Shown: positions 1 to 8,836, counted from the stretch's first letter. The stretch: 34,777 nt of DNA from Candidatus Heimdallarchaeota archaeon (GCA_021399345.1 JAAFKI010000091.1:1-34777); one strand, 5' to 3'. Translations and numbers: made by a program. The notes: generated by a model from the sequence alone, not told the origin.

Positions 1-2
1 GT

Positions 3-365
3 TTACTTGAAGAAATAAGTACAAGACTGAAGAATATAGAGGGTAAACTAAACATAGAAGAAACAGCAGTAAAAACTGGTGTATCTGCATTAGACATACT
101 TTCAAAATCTGCTTATGATCCTGAAATAAGAATAAATAAGTCTCATATTAAAACCTATTTTACAGTTCAAAAACTAGGAAAAGCTACTTGTAAAGAAGTA
201 GCAGCTGTTACAGGAAGAGCTTTCAATCTTGAATCTAGATATTTAGTAGCTCTGCACAAAGAAGGGTTCCTAGATAGAGAGAGAAGTGCTATTGATAAAC
301 CAAGTAAAGATAATCCTGAAAGCCGTGGTACAGAAGTGAGATATTTCATTAAGGAGATAAAATAA
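3..365 (+). CDS. Winged helix-turn-helix DNA-binding protein (5'-partial, not in the ORF track)
   Basis: Frame 3 is open from the window edge to TAA at 363-365: LLEEISTRLKNIEGKL...KTYFTVQKLGKATCKEVAAVTGRAFNLESRYLVALHKEGFLDRERS...TEVRYFIKEIK. This is an HTH-plus-wing pattern as in TrmB/ArsR-like archaeal regulators. The stop abuts the next ATG (TAAATG). Confidence 0.8.
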   Translation, partial: LLEEISTRLKNIEGKLNIEETAVKTGVSALDILSKSAYDPEIRINKSHIKTYFTVQKLGKATCKEVAAVTGRAFNLESRYLVALHKEGFLDRERSAIDKPSKDNPESRGTEVRYFIKEIK

Positions 366-1124
366 ATGAAAACAATAAGTGTACATAGTTACAAAGGTGG
401 TACAGGAAAAACCACTCTCTTGTTAAATATAGCCGGGTCTTTAGCTAAGGAAGGAAAAAAAGCTTTGGCATTAGATTATGATCTTAGAGCTCCATCATTT
501 CAATCATACTTTAAAGTAGAAAATCCTTTATTTTTATCTGATTATCTACTCGAAGGTGCTTCACTTTCTAAAATTATTTTTCCATGTACTGCAGATAATG
601 GAACAAAGCTTGATTTGATTTTCTCCTCAATGGAGTTTCTCAAACAGCACTCAAAGCAGAGAGATAAACTCTCTAGAGATGATTCTAAATATCTTTCAAA
701 ATTATATCAGTTGCAACATACAATCTCAGAAAAATATGATTATTTGCTGATCGATACAATTCCTGGATTTTTTTACAGGTCTATTGATTCAATGATGGTT
801 TCAGATGTAATAATTGTTATAGCAACTCCTAGCACATCAAATGTTCTTGGGCTGAAGGAGTTAACAGACAATATCTATGCTATGTTAAAAGAAGATACTA
901 GAATGATTTTACTAATAAACAAAATTGATGAAGAGGGAATTAAAGCTGATAAAGAAGATTTCGAGAAAAACTTATCAGAGCTTAAGAGAATAGGTGAAGA
1001 GAAATTCTCATCTGTGCTGGAAGTTCCATATTTCAACATCTTGAGTGAAAAGATATACGCATTTGAGGAAGAAGTACCAAAGGAATTTATGAAGTCAATA
1101 AAAGAGATAATGAAACTAGTATAG
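366..1124 (+). CDS. ParA/MinD family P-loop ATPase
   Basis: Deviant Walker A KGGTGKTT at the N-terminus, DYDLRAP, YDYLLIDTIPG and INKID motifs. AAGGAG at 351-356 upstream. Confidence 0.9.
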   Translation: MKTISVHSYKGGTGKTTLLLNIAGSLAKEGKKALALDYDLRAPSFQSYFKVENPLFLSDYLLEGASLSKIIFPCTADNGTKLDLIFSSMEFLKQHSKQRDKLSRDDSKYLSKLYQLQHTISEKYDYLLIDTIPGFFYRSIDSMMVSDVIIVIATPSTSNVLGLKELTDNIYAMLKEDTRMILLINKIDEEGIKADKEDFEKNLSELKRIGEEKFSSVLEVPYFNILSEKIYAFEEEVPKEFMKSIKEIMKLV

Positions 1125-1131
1125 GATTAAA

Positions 1132-2493
1132 ATGACTAATAGCAAAGAAGCAAAGACAGAAGGAGAAAAGGACAAAGTTCGTGATTATCTTATAGATTCT
1201 AAAAAGAACATAGAACGTTTAAAAAAAGGTAAAAAACCGAGAAGAAAACTTCGGTTCTTAATATCAGAACACAAATTCCTTTTCACAGTAATTTCTATTC
1301 TTGTAATAGTATCGCCTTTCATCCCTCTTATGCTCCCTGGTAGACCCCCTATCATTAAACCTCCTAACTTTGAATCAGTAGAAGTAACTGTAAATCTGAT
1401 TGAAGATAATTTTACTGATCAGAATGGATACCCTGTCCATGAAAAAACTGTATCTAACACATCTTCTGAATTAATCATTCTTTCCTCTTTAACAAATTCT
1501 TTGCTTCTTCAAGCAGGATATTTACCCAGTTCTGAAGAGGTACTTGATAAAATTTCTATAATTCTTGAAATACTTAGTAACGGATCATTTCGAAAAATAG
1601 AGAATCTTCAAGAAAATCTAACTCTAACATCGCAGATAATTGGCATCTATGCATTAATTCAGTCATATTATGCCCTTGAAGATACAAATAGAACCTTTAA
1701 TTTTAATGTCATCGAAGAAGTTTATTCAAATTTAATCTACCATTATTATTCTGTTCAACACCAAATGTTCATTCAACCTTATAGTAACAGCAGTTATCTA
1801 ATAGATCAAGCATTAGGATTATGGTTACTTACAACTTATCAACTTCTCTTTCAACAAGATTATTGTTATTATATGTGTGCTTCTGATTATGTACAGCCCA
1901 TTTTAAGTTCCATTAATACCCACCTGGTAAATGCATCAACAAATGAAATTTATTCTGAATATAATTTAACTTCAAGTGAGGCAAAACAAACTGCTAGCGC
2001 TTTGGATTTAATGTATCTAGCAGTTGGACTTTCAAGAGCTGAAAAACTTAGATATGATCACTACTACTTCTATTATAGCAGTTATTATATACATCAAAGG
2101 GTGATTTCAAATTTTATAGATGAAGAATGGCTAGTACATGAAACAGATAGAACTGATGATCTTCTTATTCTAAAGAATCAAGCATATTTCTCATTAATTT
2201 CGTATTTAATGAACCTAGAAAATGTTGGCTCAGAAGTGGTAAATGCAACTTCATTGAATTACCTCTTTGGAAATGGGTTTTATGAGAATTTGACAGACAA
2301 GGAAATAACAATAGAATCATGTCTATATGGTTTGATTATATTTTCGAGTCAAGAGTGGGCACCTATTGAAAATTTGCGTGAATATGTTGAAGAACCTATA
2401 CAATCTTCATTTGCTGGACTTATATGGAGCATACTGGCAACAATTTTCATGGTATATACAGTAAATCGTAGAACCAAAAGGAAAAAAATATAA
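1132..2493 (+). CDS. Hypothetical membrane-anchored extracellular protein
   Basis: Basic N-terminus, TM helix FLFTVISILVIVSPFIPLML, many N-x-S/T sequons, C-terminal TM plus basic tail (SSFAGLIWSILATIFMVYTVNRRTKRKKI). Confidence 0.7.
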   Translation: MTNSKEAKTEGEKDKVRDYLIDSKKNIERLKKGKKPRRKLRFLISEHKFLFTVISILVIVSPFIPLMLPGRPPIIKPPNFESVEVTVNLIEDNFTDQNGYPVHEKTVSNTSSELIILSSLTNSLLLQAGYLPSSEEVLDKISIILEILSNGSFRKIENLQENLTLTSQIIGIYALIQSYYALEDTNRTFNFNVIEEVYSNLIYHYYSVQHQMFIQPYSNSSYLIDQALGLWLLTTYQLLFQQDYCYYMCASDYVQPILSSINTHLVNASTNEIYSEYNLTSSEAKQTASALDLMYLAVGLSRAEKLRYDHYYFYYSSYYIHQRVISNFIDEEWLVHETDRTDDLLILKNQAYFSLISYLMNLENVGSEVVNATSLNYLFGNGFYENLTDKEITIESCLYGLIIFSSQEWAPIENLREYVEEPIQSSFAGLIWSILATIFMVYTVNRRTKRKKI

Positions 2494-2532
2494 TGGTGAC
2501 CAGGAGGGGATTTGAACCCCCGATCACGTCCA

Positions 2533-2562
2533 TGATAGCTTGAGGGAAACATCCTTTCAAGT
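2533..2562 (-). other. tRNA intron at canonical position 37/38 (30 nt)
   Basis: ACTTGAAAGGATGTTTCCCTCAAGCTATCA. Outer helix CTTGA/TCAAG, bulges GG|A and CA|T, central helix TTGG/CTAT with one mismatch (relaxed BHB). Confidence 0.85.
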
Positions 2563-2580
2563 CCCCAAGGACGTATCATA

Positions 2581-2611
2581 TTTCTCTGAGTTCACTCGCA
2601 GTGTTACTCAT
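2581..2611 (-). other. tRNA intron in the D-loop, position 19/20 (31 nt)
   Basis: ATGAGTAACACTGCGAGTGAACTCAGAGAAA. Hairpin TGAGT/ACTCA plus CACT/AGTG, bulges GG|A and AA|T, central helix GCTT/GAGA with one mismatch. Excision restores the D-loop AGCTTGGTA. Confidence 0.8.
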
Positions 2612-2666
2612 CCAAGCTTGACTACCTGGTCGTGTTTATCTGTTACATTTTGTTTCTAACGAATTG

Positions 2667-2683
2667 AATTTTAAGCTTTTCTA
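2667..2683 (-). promoter_or_regulatory. Putative BRE/TATA promoter of the tRNA
   Basis: Minus strand reads TAGAAAAGCTTAAAATT about 36-52 nt upstream of tRNA position 1. Confidence 0.45.
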
Positions 2684-2713
2684 TCTAAAAACAAAAACCT
2701 ATTTCGATTGTTC

Positions 2714-3241
2714 TTAATGTTTTACAGTTATCAAACAAGCCACAATTTTAAGGGCTTTTAAATCTTCATTATTCCAAATTTTTTCCTTTTTAATTGTCTC
2801 ATATCCAATAAAACCTATTGTATTTGTTTCTTTGATGATTGGAACAGCAAGTATGCTTTTTAATCCTTGAAAACTCATTAATTCAATCATTGATTGAACA
2901 TCATCTGTAAGGTCATTAATACTGTTAATTCTAGCAATTTCTTTGTTCTCATAGAGCACTTTTTTGAAATATGGGAACAGATCTATTGGTATATTTTGTT
3001 GTTCATCCTTCATAGAACGGATTTTTTTTCCGCACCATTCATGAGTATTATTTGCAATTACATAGTCATTTGCATCCTTTTCGAAGAAATAAATGTAGAC
3101 TCTGTCAGGAGCACTAAAATTTCCAAGATGATCAATCCAGAGAACTATTTTTTGATTCAAACTTAGTTTCATTAAGTTTACATCTTGAAGTTTATTGGAC
3201 AGATTGTCAAACTTCCTTGTATTTTTTGAGGACACATTCAT
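2714..3241 (-). CDS. Stand-alone GAF domain protein
   Basis: DRVYIYFF...NTHEWC...SILAVPI...IGFIGYE...WNNEDLKALKIVA is the typical GAF pattern of sensor kinases and cyclases. No output domain is attached. Confidence 0.8.
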   Translation of the reverse strand: MNVSSKNTRKFDNLSNKLQDVNLMKLSLNQKIVLWIDHLGNFSAPDRVYIYFFEKDANDYVIANNTHEWCGKKIRSMKDEQQNIPIDLFPYFKKVLYENKEIARINSINDLTDDVQSMIELMSFQGLKSILAVPIIKETNTIGFIGYETIKKEKIWNNEDLKALKIVACLITVKH

Positions 3242-3270
3242 TAGTACTCAAAAATACAATGTGCTAATCA

Positions 3271-3390
3271 AATTTTTAAATCTTTAGTGCTGGAAATTCC
3301 ATATTTCAGCTATAATTGTGTTAAAAGATTTTTAAATTAGAAACTTCTTTAGAAAAAGGACAAAAACTGCTGGAAACAGCTGTTTCAGTA
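3271..3390. promoter_or_regulatory. Divergent BRE/TATA pair with two related palindromic operator-like sites
   Basis: AATTTTTAAATCTTT (3271-3285) and AAAGATTTTTAAATT (3324-3338) form a 13/15 inverted repeat. TGCTGGAAA-N7-TTTCAG starts at 3288 and TGCTGGAAA-N6-TTTCAG starts at 3368. Confidence 0.5.
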
Positions 3391-3498
3391 CTAAAACAAT
3401 CAATTGAGGAGATTTTAGCTTATCCAAGTATAGAGTAATAAAATTAACTCGGCAGAGAAAATATTATAAACACCTAAACTATGAGGTGATTGTTAATC

Positions 3499-5193
3499 AT
3501 GTCAAATTCAGATTCAGCTAAAGATAACCTTATTTTACAAAGGCAAAGATATGTAGCTTTGGGAACCTCTTTAAATAAATCTTCAAGCATGAAAAGTGTG
3601 TTTAAGGTTTTTTTTGCAACAACACTTATTTTCGGTCTTCCTACAATAATACTTCTCTCTAATCCTTTGAAAGACAACGTTACTGTTGTATATCAAATGG
3701 TAATTTTTGGCTTTAGAATTCTTATTATCGCAATGTGCCTTCTGCTTTTTTCACGCATTACATCTGAAATTTACACTGCAAAAAATGATTCTGATAAGAA
3801 GCTAGCAGAATTAGGTTATAAAGATGCAAAGACAAATACTAAGGAAGAAAGAGTTTTATTAACCAGAACTACAGTTTATTCTATTCTAAAACTACTTATA
3901 TTTATTGCAACATTTTTCGGTCTATTTTTGTTTAGTTCAAAAGATAATTATGGGTACATAATTGGACAACAAGTAATCTATGTACTTGTTCTGTTTTTGC
4001 TATTATTGAGTGCATCCTTCTGGACAACAAGAAAGCCTGATTATTCTCCCAGGCTTGGAGGAAGATTGTTAATATTGGTATTTGTACCAGCACTATTCTT
4101 CTGGGGCCTGGAAGTTATTCTAGGATTCTTCAGTGTTATCAGTGATTCAAGATTTCACTATAATACTCTACAAGTTTCTTATGGGTTGATTTATCCCTTT
4201 GCTTTCATCTTTTTATTGGTAGCTGTAATCTACACATCAAGGAAGACAATAAGAGAAAAAAGAGCTATTCAAGAAGCTAGAGTTGCAGATTTTGACAGAA
4301 GATCTGGATTCATCGGGGAAAAGAACGCTATTAGTCAAATGATATATCATATTCAATTGTTTTTTAATAAAATGGGAAGATCTATTACAGGAAAAGAAAG
4401 AAGAGAGAAAAATATCGATAAAAAACCCAACAAACTTATCGTTAACAGTATTTGGATATCAATTTTTATCACTTTCTTTGCATTTGCATTTATACTTCCA
4501 TGGAACATGTTTCCACATGATGGGATACTATTAGCAGGTGCAGCAATAATATCTTATCAGTATTCAATGATTAAATATGAGAGAGATGAAATAAGTGTTA
4601 TAGCAGTACCTGATAAGGATGAATCAATTGAACCACCTGCAATAAGAACTAAAGAGTTGCTAGAATCAACTGTAAGATTTATTATGTTACCCACTCTGAT
4701 TTTTATTATTGTTCAATTTATCTTAAATGGGGTTATAACAGATGGAGTATTTACTACTGCAAATATCCAGCTTATCTTAAGCTTTACTTGGGTCATAGCA
4801 TTGATTGTAATACCGTTGTCTATTCACATTGTTTACAAACTAGTTCAGAATCTCAAAGAAGAAAGAACAATGGACAATGTTAGGATGTACTTCAATGGGT
4901 TATTCTTTGTTTTACTATTTGAGGTAGTACTTTATATTATGACTGTGGTAGCACTTTTTGGAGCCTTTTATGGATTTGGATTTGAATTGATTCATCTTGT
5001 AACATTAGGATTACAAGCTACATTTGTAGTAGTGCTTGTTATATTACCAATAGTATTTCAAGTTATAGCAGTTAAAGTTAAAGAGAAAGGATTTAAAATA
5101 CTAAAAATATCAGCCTATATTCTAGTAGGTCTTATTAGCGTAGGAATCTTCACTGCGTTTATTTTTCATATCCTGGCTCTATTCTTCGGATAG
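3499..5193 (+). CDS. Hypothetical polytopic membrane protein
   Basis: About 13 hydrophobic segments. ATG at 3499 is preferred over TTG at 3490 because of GAGGTGA at 3483-3489. Confidence 0.75.
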   Translation: MSNSDSAKDNLILQRQRYVALGTSLNKSSSMKSVFKVFFATTLIFGLPTIILLSNPLKDNVTVVYQMVIFGFRILIIAMCLLLFSRITSEIYTAKNDSDKKLAELGYKDAKTNTKEERVLLTRTTVYSILKLLIFIATFFGLFLFSSKDNYGYIIGQQVIYVLVLFLLLLSASFWTTRKPDYSPRLGGRLLILVFVPALFFWGLEVILGFFSVISDSRFHYNTLQVSYGLIYPFAFIFLLVAVIYTSRKTIREKRAIQEARVADFDRRSGFIGEKNAISQMIYHIQLFFNKMGRSITGKERREKNIDKKPNKLIVNSIWISIFITFFAFAFILPWNMFPHDGILLAGAAIISYQYSMIKYERDEISVIAVPDKDESIEPPAIRTKELLESTVRFIMLPTLIFIIVQFILNGVITDGVFTTANIQLILSFTWVIALIVIPLSIHIVYKLVQNLKEERTMDNVRMYFNGLFFVLLFEVVLYIMTVVALFGAFYGFGFELIHLVTLGLQATFVVVLVILPIVFQVIAVKVKEKGFKILKISAYILVGLISVGIFTAFIFHILALFFG

Positions 5194-5220
5194 ATTCTCT
5201 TCTATCTTTTTTCTTCTTTA
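5189..5220 (+). terminator. Short hairpin plus T-tract terminator
   Basis: GATAGA-TTCTCT-TCTATC followed by TTTTTT, between convergent genes. Confidence 0.45.
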
Positions 5221-6189
5221 TTAAATTTTCAGAAAAACGCTTTGTCTTTTTTCAGGATCTTCCATAGATGAATCTGCATAATAATGGTATAAGCCATCCT
5301 TATTGGTAAATGCTGCACATTGACCAGATTTATCCATAGATATAATGTGTAAGACTCCTTCTTCTTTGAGCTGTTTGAGTTCCGAAATTCCCATCTCTGT
5401 AGCCTTATCAATAGCTATATTTCGATGAACCCTATCAACAACCAAACGAGTAGTTGACAATCGAATTGCTAATTCACCTGTTCCAGTACATGCAGAACCT
5501 GCTTTGTCAGAACAATAAATTCCTGCACCAAAAATAGGTGAATCTCCAACTCTGCCTGGAAATTTCATTGCTAACCCTGAAGTTGAAACACCCACTGCAA
5601 GATTACCTTCATTATCTAAAGCAATTACATTTGTTGTTCCATGCTTGTCAAAACTTAATTTTCTGTACCATTCCTTGATTGAGTAATTTTCCATAACTTC
5701 CTTGAGATGAACATCAAATCTCATAAAAAGCTCTCTGACCAATTCTTGGGCTTCAAGTGGCATTTCAAGACTTTTTCCATCCATTATGTTGTGATAGTTT
5801 TGAATACCTAGTTCATCAATGATTTCTTCTTCCTGATACCCCAATGCTTTTGCGAACCTTTCTGCGCCTTCCCCAACTAGCATCACATGAGGGCTGATCT
5901 CCATGACCTTTCTAGCGATTGAGATTGGATGACGAAAATTCTTCACAGCTGCAACAGCACCAGCGTTTCGTGTCTTACCTTCCATAATAGACGCATCGAG
6001 CTCAACAATTCCAAGAAGATTGGGAAAACCATTGAACCCAACAGTAATATCGTAAGGATTGTTTTCGATTAATTTGATGCTTTCTTCAACAGCATCTAAA
6101 GCGTTACCACCTTCTCTAAGAATTTTCAAACCAGTAGGTAAACCTATGTTAGAATTACGAGTACCGCAAATGGCATAATCAAGAGTCAT
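5221..6189 (-). CDS. Asparaginase_2 family Ntn hydrolase (isoaspartyl peptidase / glycosylasparaginase-like)
   Basis: ALDAVE, ELDASIMEG, HPISIARKVME, HGTTNVIALD (autocleavage Thr), STSG and PGRVGDSPIFGAG motifs. Confidence 0.92.
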   Translation of the reverse strand: MTLDYAICGTRNSNIGLPTGLKILREGGNALDAVEESIKLIENNPYDITVGFNGFPNLLGIVELDASIMEGKTRNAGAVAAVKNFRHPISIARKVMEISPHVMLVGEGAERFAKALGYQEEEIIDELGIQNYHNIMDGKSLEMPLEAQELVRELFMRFDVHLKEVMENYSIKEWYRKLSFDKHGTTNVIALDNEGNLAVGVSTSGLAMKFPGRVGDSPIFGAGIYCSDKAGSACTGTGELAIRLSTTRLVVDRVHRNIAIDKATEMGISELKQLKEEGVLHIISMDKSGQCAAFTNKDGLYHYYADSSMEDPEKRQSVFLKI

Positions 6190-6290
6190 TGTGATATGAA
6201 AATTGGAGAGTTTAAAAAATATACTCTTTACTGTTGATGAAAAATTAAGATAGAAATAGTTTTAAAAATACGGTGGGTTTATTCATTCTA

Positions 6291-7070
6291 ATGTCAGATT
6301 TAATGGTTGAAACGGAACAACTATCTAAACAATTCAAATTGCTACTAGCGGTAGATGGAGTGAATCTAAAGATACCAAAAGGGAAAATATATGCGCTTCT
6401 CGGGCCAAACGGGGCCGGTAAGACCACTTCAATTAGAATGTTGCTGGGGTTACTAAAACCAACTTTCGGAAGAGTTATTGTTAACGATATCGATGTAACA
6501 TTGAACCCTAAAGCTATTAGAGGAAAAGTTGGTTTGTTACCACAAGTTTCTGCAGCATATTATGATCTGACTCCTATGCAAAATATCAAATTTATTCTGG
6601 AATTGAATGAAGTTTCTTATGAGGAAGTTAATCAAACTTTAGCTAATTATTTTAAAACCTTGGAAATAACTCATGAGATGTTGAACAAACCATTTTCGAA
6701 ACTTTCTGGGGGAGAACAAAGATCAATAAGTTTTATTATGGCTGTAATAACAAACAAAGAATTTCTTGTGCTAGACGAGCCCACATCGGGTTTGGATATA
6801 GCTAGGGCTAAATATATTAGATCAATCATTAAGAACTTGGTTGAAGAAGAAGGAAGAACCATTTTGCTTTCTTCTCACATTGTTTCAGATTTAGAGGAAT
6901 TAGCTGACTATTGTGGGATTCTTAAGCAAGGAAAATTGGTTTTTCAAGGAAAAAAAGAGGAAATAATCAATACTTATGCTCCCGATACACAAGAATTTGA
7001 AGATGCAATTATTGCAGCTTTTGAAACACCGATAAGGAGTTCAATTCCTAGAAAGGAGGGTTCACTTTGA
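6291..7070 (+). CDS. ABC transporter ATP-binding subunit
   Basis: GPNGAGKTT, LSGGEQR, LVLDEPTSGLD and SSH motifs. ATG at 6291 is the likely start (the track extends to GTG at 6273). Confidence 0.95.
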   Translation: MSDLMVETEQLSKQFKLLLAVDGVNLKIPKGKIYALLGPNGAGKTTSIRMLLGLLKPTFGRVIVNDIDVTLNPKAIRGKVGLLPQVSAAYYDLTPMQNIKFILELNEVSYEEVNQTLANYFKTLEITHEMLNKPFSKLSGGEQRSISFIMAVITNKEFLVLDEPTSGLDIARAKYIRSIIKNLVEEEGRTILLSSHIVSDLEELADYCGILKQGKLVFQGKKEEIINTYAPDTQEFEDAIIAAFETPIRSSIPRKEGSL

Positions 7071-8266
7071 GTAAAAAGAAAAGAGTAAGTCAGCTCAAGA
7101 CTTTACTGAAAAAAGATTTGAGACTCTTATTCAGAAAGAGAGTTGCTATCTTTGTGTTTGGTGGTCCTTTTATTATGATGTTTTTACTTATTGGTCTGCC
7201 TTCTTTATTTAGCTCACAACAAACATCTTCATTATTAATTTGCTCTGATGATTTGGGTTACACTGGTGCAAACATAGGCGATTCTATTCTTGGAAATCTC
7301 ACATATTATTTCTTGAGTGATTCCACTATTGAAGTAGAGGTAGTAGCAAATTTATCCGCTGTAACTTATACAACTGAATTTGGTTTGTATATCCCATCTA
7401 ACTTCTCTGAACTAGCATTTCTAGGAGTGCCAACTTATTATATAGTAGATGCCACTCAATCACTTTTCTCTGAAAGCGTTTTTGCAACTGTTAGAAGTAT
7501 TGCAAACAGCGTAATTGCGACAACTCTAGCAAATAGGACAATTCCTCCAGTTAATCAAGATGAAGTTGCCCCTGCATCTATACCAGAAGAATTACTTTTA
7601 GGACCTAAAGCAGCTGCTCTGGCTATGCCTTTAAGTTATATGATTTTTCTACTTATAGCCCTTAACTCCGGCTCTTATTCCAGTATCGGTTTTGCTAGAG
7701 AGAAAAGAATGAGAACAATGGAAATTCTTTTAGCTTATACTCATCGTCACAGGGATCTCGTAATCTCAAAAGCAATAACTGGTTTAGTTGCTTCCTTGGG
7801 TTCGACACTATCATATGTTTTAGGAATTATAGCTGCAACTCAAATTTCTGGAGCAAGCTTTAGTAGTATTTTTGAAATCTTTGGTTTGAATCTAGGAGTT
7901 CTAAATGCTGGAGACATCATTGTTACGATTTTATTCGCAGTTCTAGCGTTACTTATATCACTACTCCTCACTATGGCAATAGATAGTAACTTAGCTAGAG
8001 AAGCATCAGAAAGGATTTCTCCACTGGTTTCTATTGGATTAGCTATGTTTTTCTATTTCGGAGCTGTATCAAATCCACTCAGTTCATCAACAGCATCTAT
8101 GATTAATCCTTTTTACTGGTGTTATAGAGTGAGTTTGTTGTTGGTATCTGGAAAATTCAGCATTGAAATTGTAGTTTATATTTCCTTGATAATTGCACTG
8201 TTAGGACTGTTAATCTTCTTTTCTACACGAGGAATACAAAAGGAGAAAACCCTTTATCTAGAATAG
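7067..8266 (+). CDS. ABC-2 type exporter permease (NatB-like)
   Basis: 4-bp overlap with the ATPase. N-terminal TM, extracellular domain, REKRMRTMEILL...LVISKAI motif and further TMs. Confidence 0.88.
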   Translation: MSKKKRVSQLKTLLKKDLRLLFRKRVAIFVFGGPFIMMFLLIGLPSLFSSQQTSSLLICSDDLGYTGANIGDSILGNLTYYFLSDSTIEVEVVANLSAVTYTTEFGLYIPSNFSELAFLGVPTYYIVDATQSLFSESVFATVRSIANSVIATTLANRTIPPVNQDEVAPASIPEELLLGPKAAALAMPLSYMIFLLIALNSGSYSSIGFAREKRMRTMEILLAYTHRHRDLVISKAITGLVASLGSTLSYVLGIIAATQISGASFSSIFEIFGLNLGVLNAGDIIVTILFAVLALLISLLLTMAIDSNLAREASERISPLVSIGLAMFFYFGAVSNPLSSSTASMINPFYWCYRVSLLLVSGKFSIEIVVYISLIIALLGLLIFFSTRGIQKEKTLYLE

Positions 8267-8311
8267 AGTAAACTATCATCTTTTCAATTTTTTTTACGAA
8301 CTCTATAGTAC

Positions 8312-8794
8312 CTATGTTATTTTTTCTATGCCTAACCAAACAAGGACTATAAGTATATCTAGAGTGATTGCTATCACAAAACCACACAAAGTATAAAGAA
8401 AAGCATACAGTGTTTGTTTTCTAAATGATTTCAACATTTCTAGAGAATTATCATTGGTTTGAGGAATTACTTTTAGTTTACTATACCGTATCCCATAAAC
8501 TGTGAAAACTGCAGTCATTATAACATTGAAAATAATTACAAATATATCTACAGGTCTTATTTGATCTAAAGTGGATGTCCAAAAACCATAAATTGCAGAC
8601 ATAGCAAAAAAAGGCATACCTACAAAATATGGTAAAATATATTTATTATTTAATTCCTCCCAAAATGAAACTACGTCAGTACCACATCTAGGACACTCTT
8701 TGTTTTGTTCTATCGTTTTTCTGTTTACCAACTGAGGATAAGATGCTTTTTTGTTGCACTTATTACAATAATTAGTCCTATGAACGAATTTCAT
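8312..8794 (-). CDS. Zinc-ribbon membrane protein
   Basis: CNKC...CPRCG at the N-terminus followed by three TM helices. Confidence 0.7.
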   Translation of the reverse strand: MKFVHRTNYCNKCNKKASYPQLVNRKTIEQNKECPRCGTDVVSFWEELNNKYILPYFVGMPFFAMSAIYGFWTSTLDQIRPVDIFVIIFNVIMTAVFTVYGIRYSKLKVIPQTNDNSLEMLKSFRKQTLYAFLYTLCGFVIAITLDILIVLVWLGIEKIT

Positions 8795-8836
8795 AATTTT
8801 AATTTTGTGAGAGGATTTTAACTGTTTCGCAGAGGA

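Larger units (their letters stand above)
2494..2631 (-). tRNA. tRNA-Pro: tRNA-Pro(GGG) with two introns and encoded CCA
   Basis: Minus strand: acceptor GACCAGG/CCTGGTC-A-CCA, D stem GTCA/TGAT, anticodon stem CGTCC/GGACG with loop TT-GGG-G|T, T arm GGGGG-TTCAAAT-CCCCT. Removing 2581-2611 and 2533-2562 leaves a standard 77-nt cloverleaf. Confidence 0.93.

Noticed and set aside
167-349. 60-aa minus-strand ORF
   Set aside because: Antisense shadow of the wHTH gene on the plus strand.
2494-2530. tRNA 3' end as an integration (att) site
   Set aside because: I found no second copy of the tRNA 3' end and no integrase in the window.
2564-2570. Alternative anticodon reading UGG
   Set aside because: It would use stem ACGTC/GACGT, leaving no position 26 and breaking the BHB register. 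GGG fits better, and the amino acid is Pro either way.
2349-2579. 76-aa minus-strand ORF
   Set aside because: Runs through the tRNA and antisense to a real CDS.
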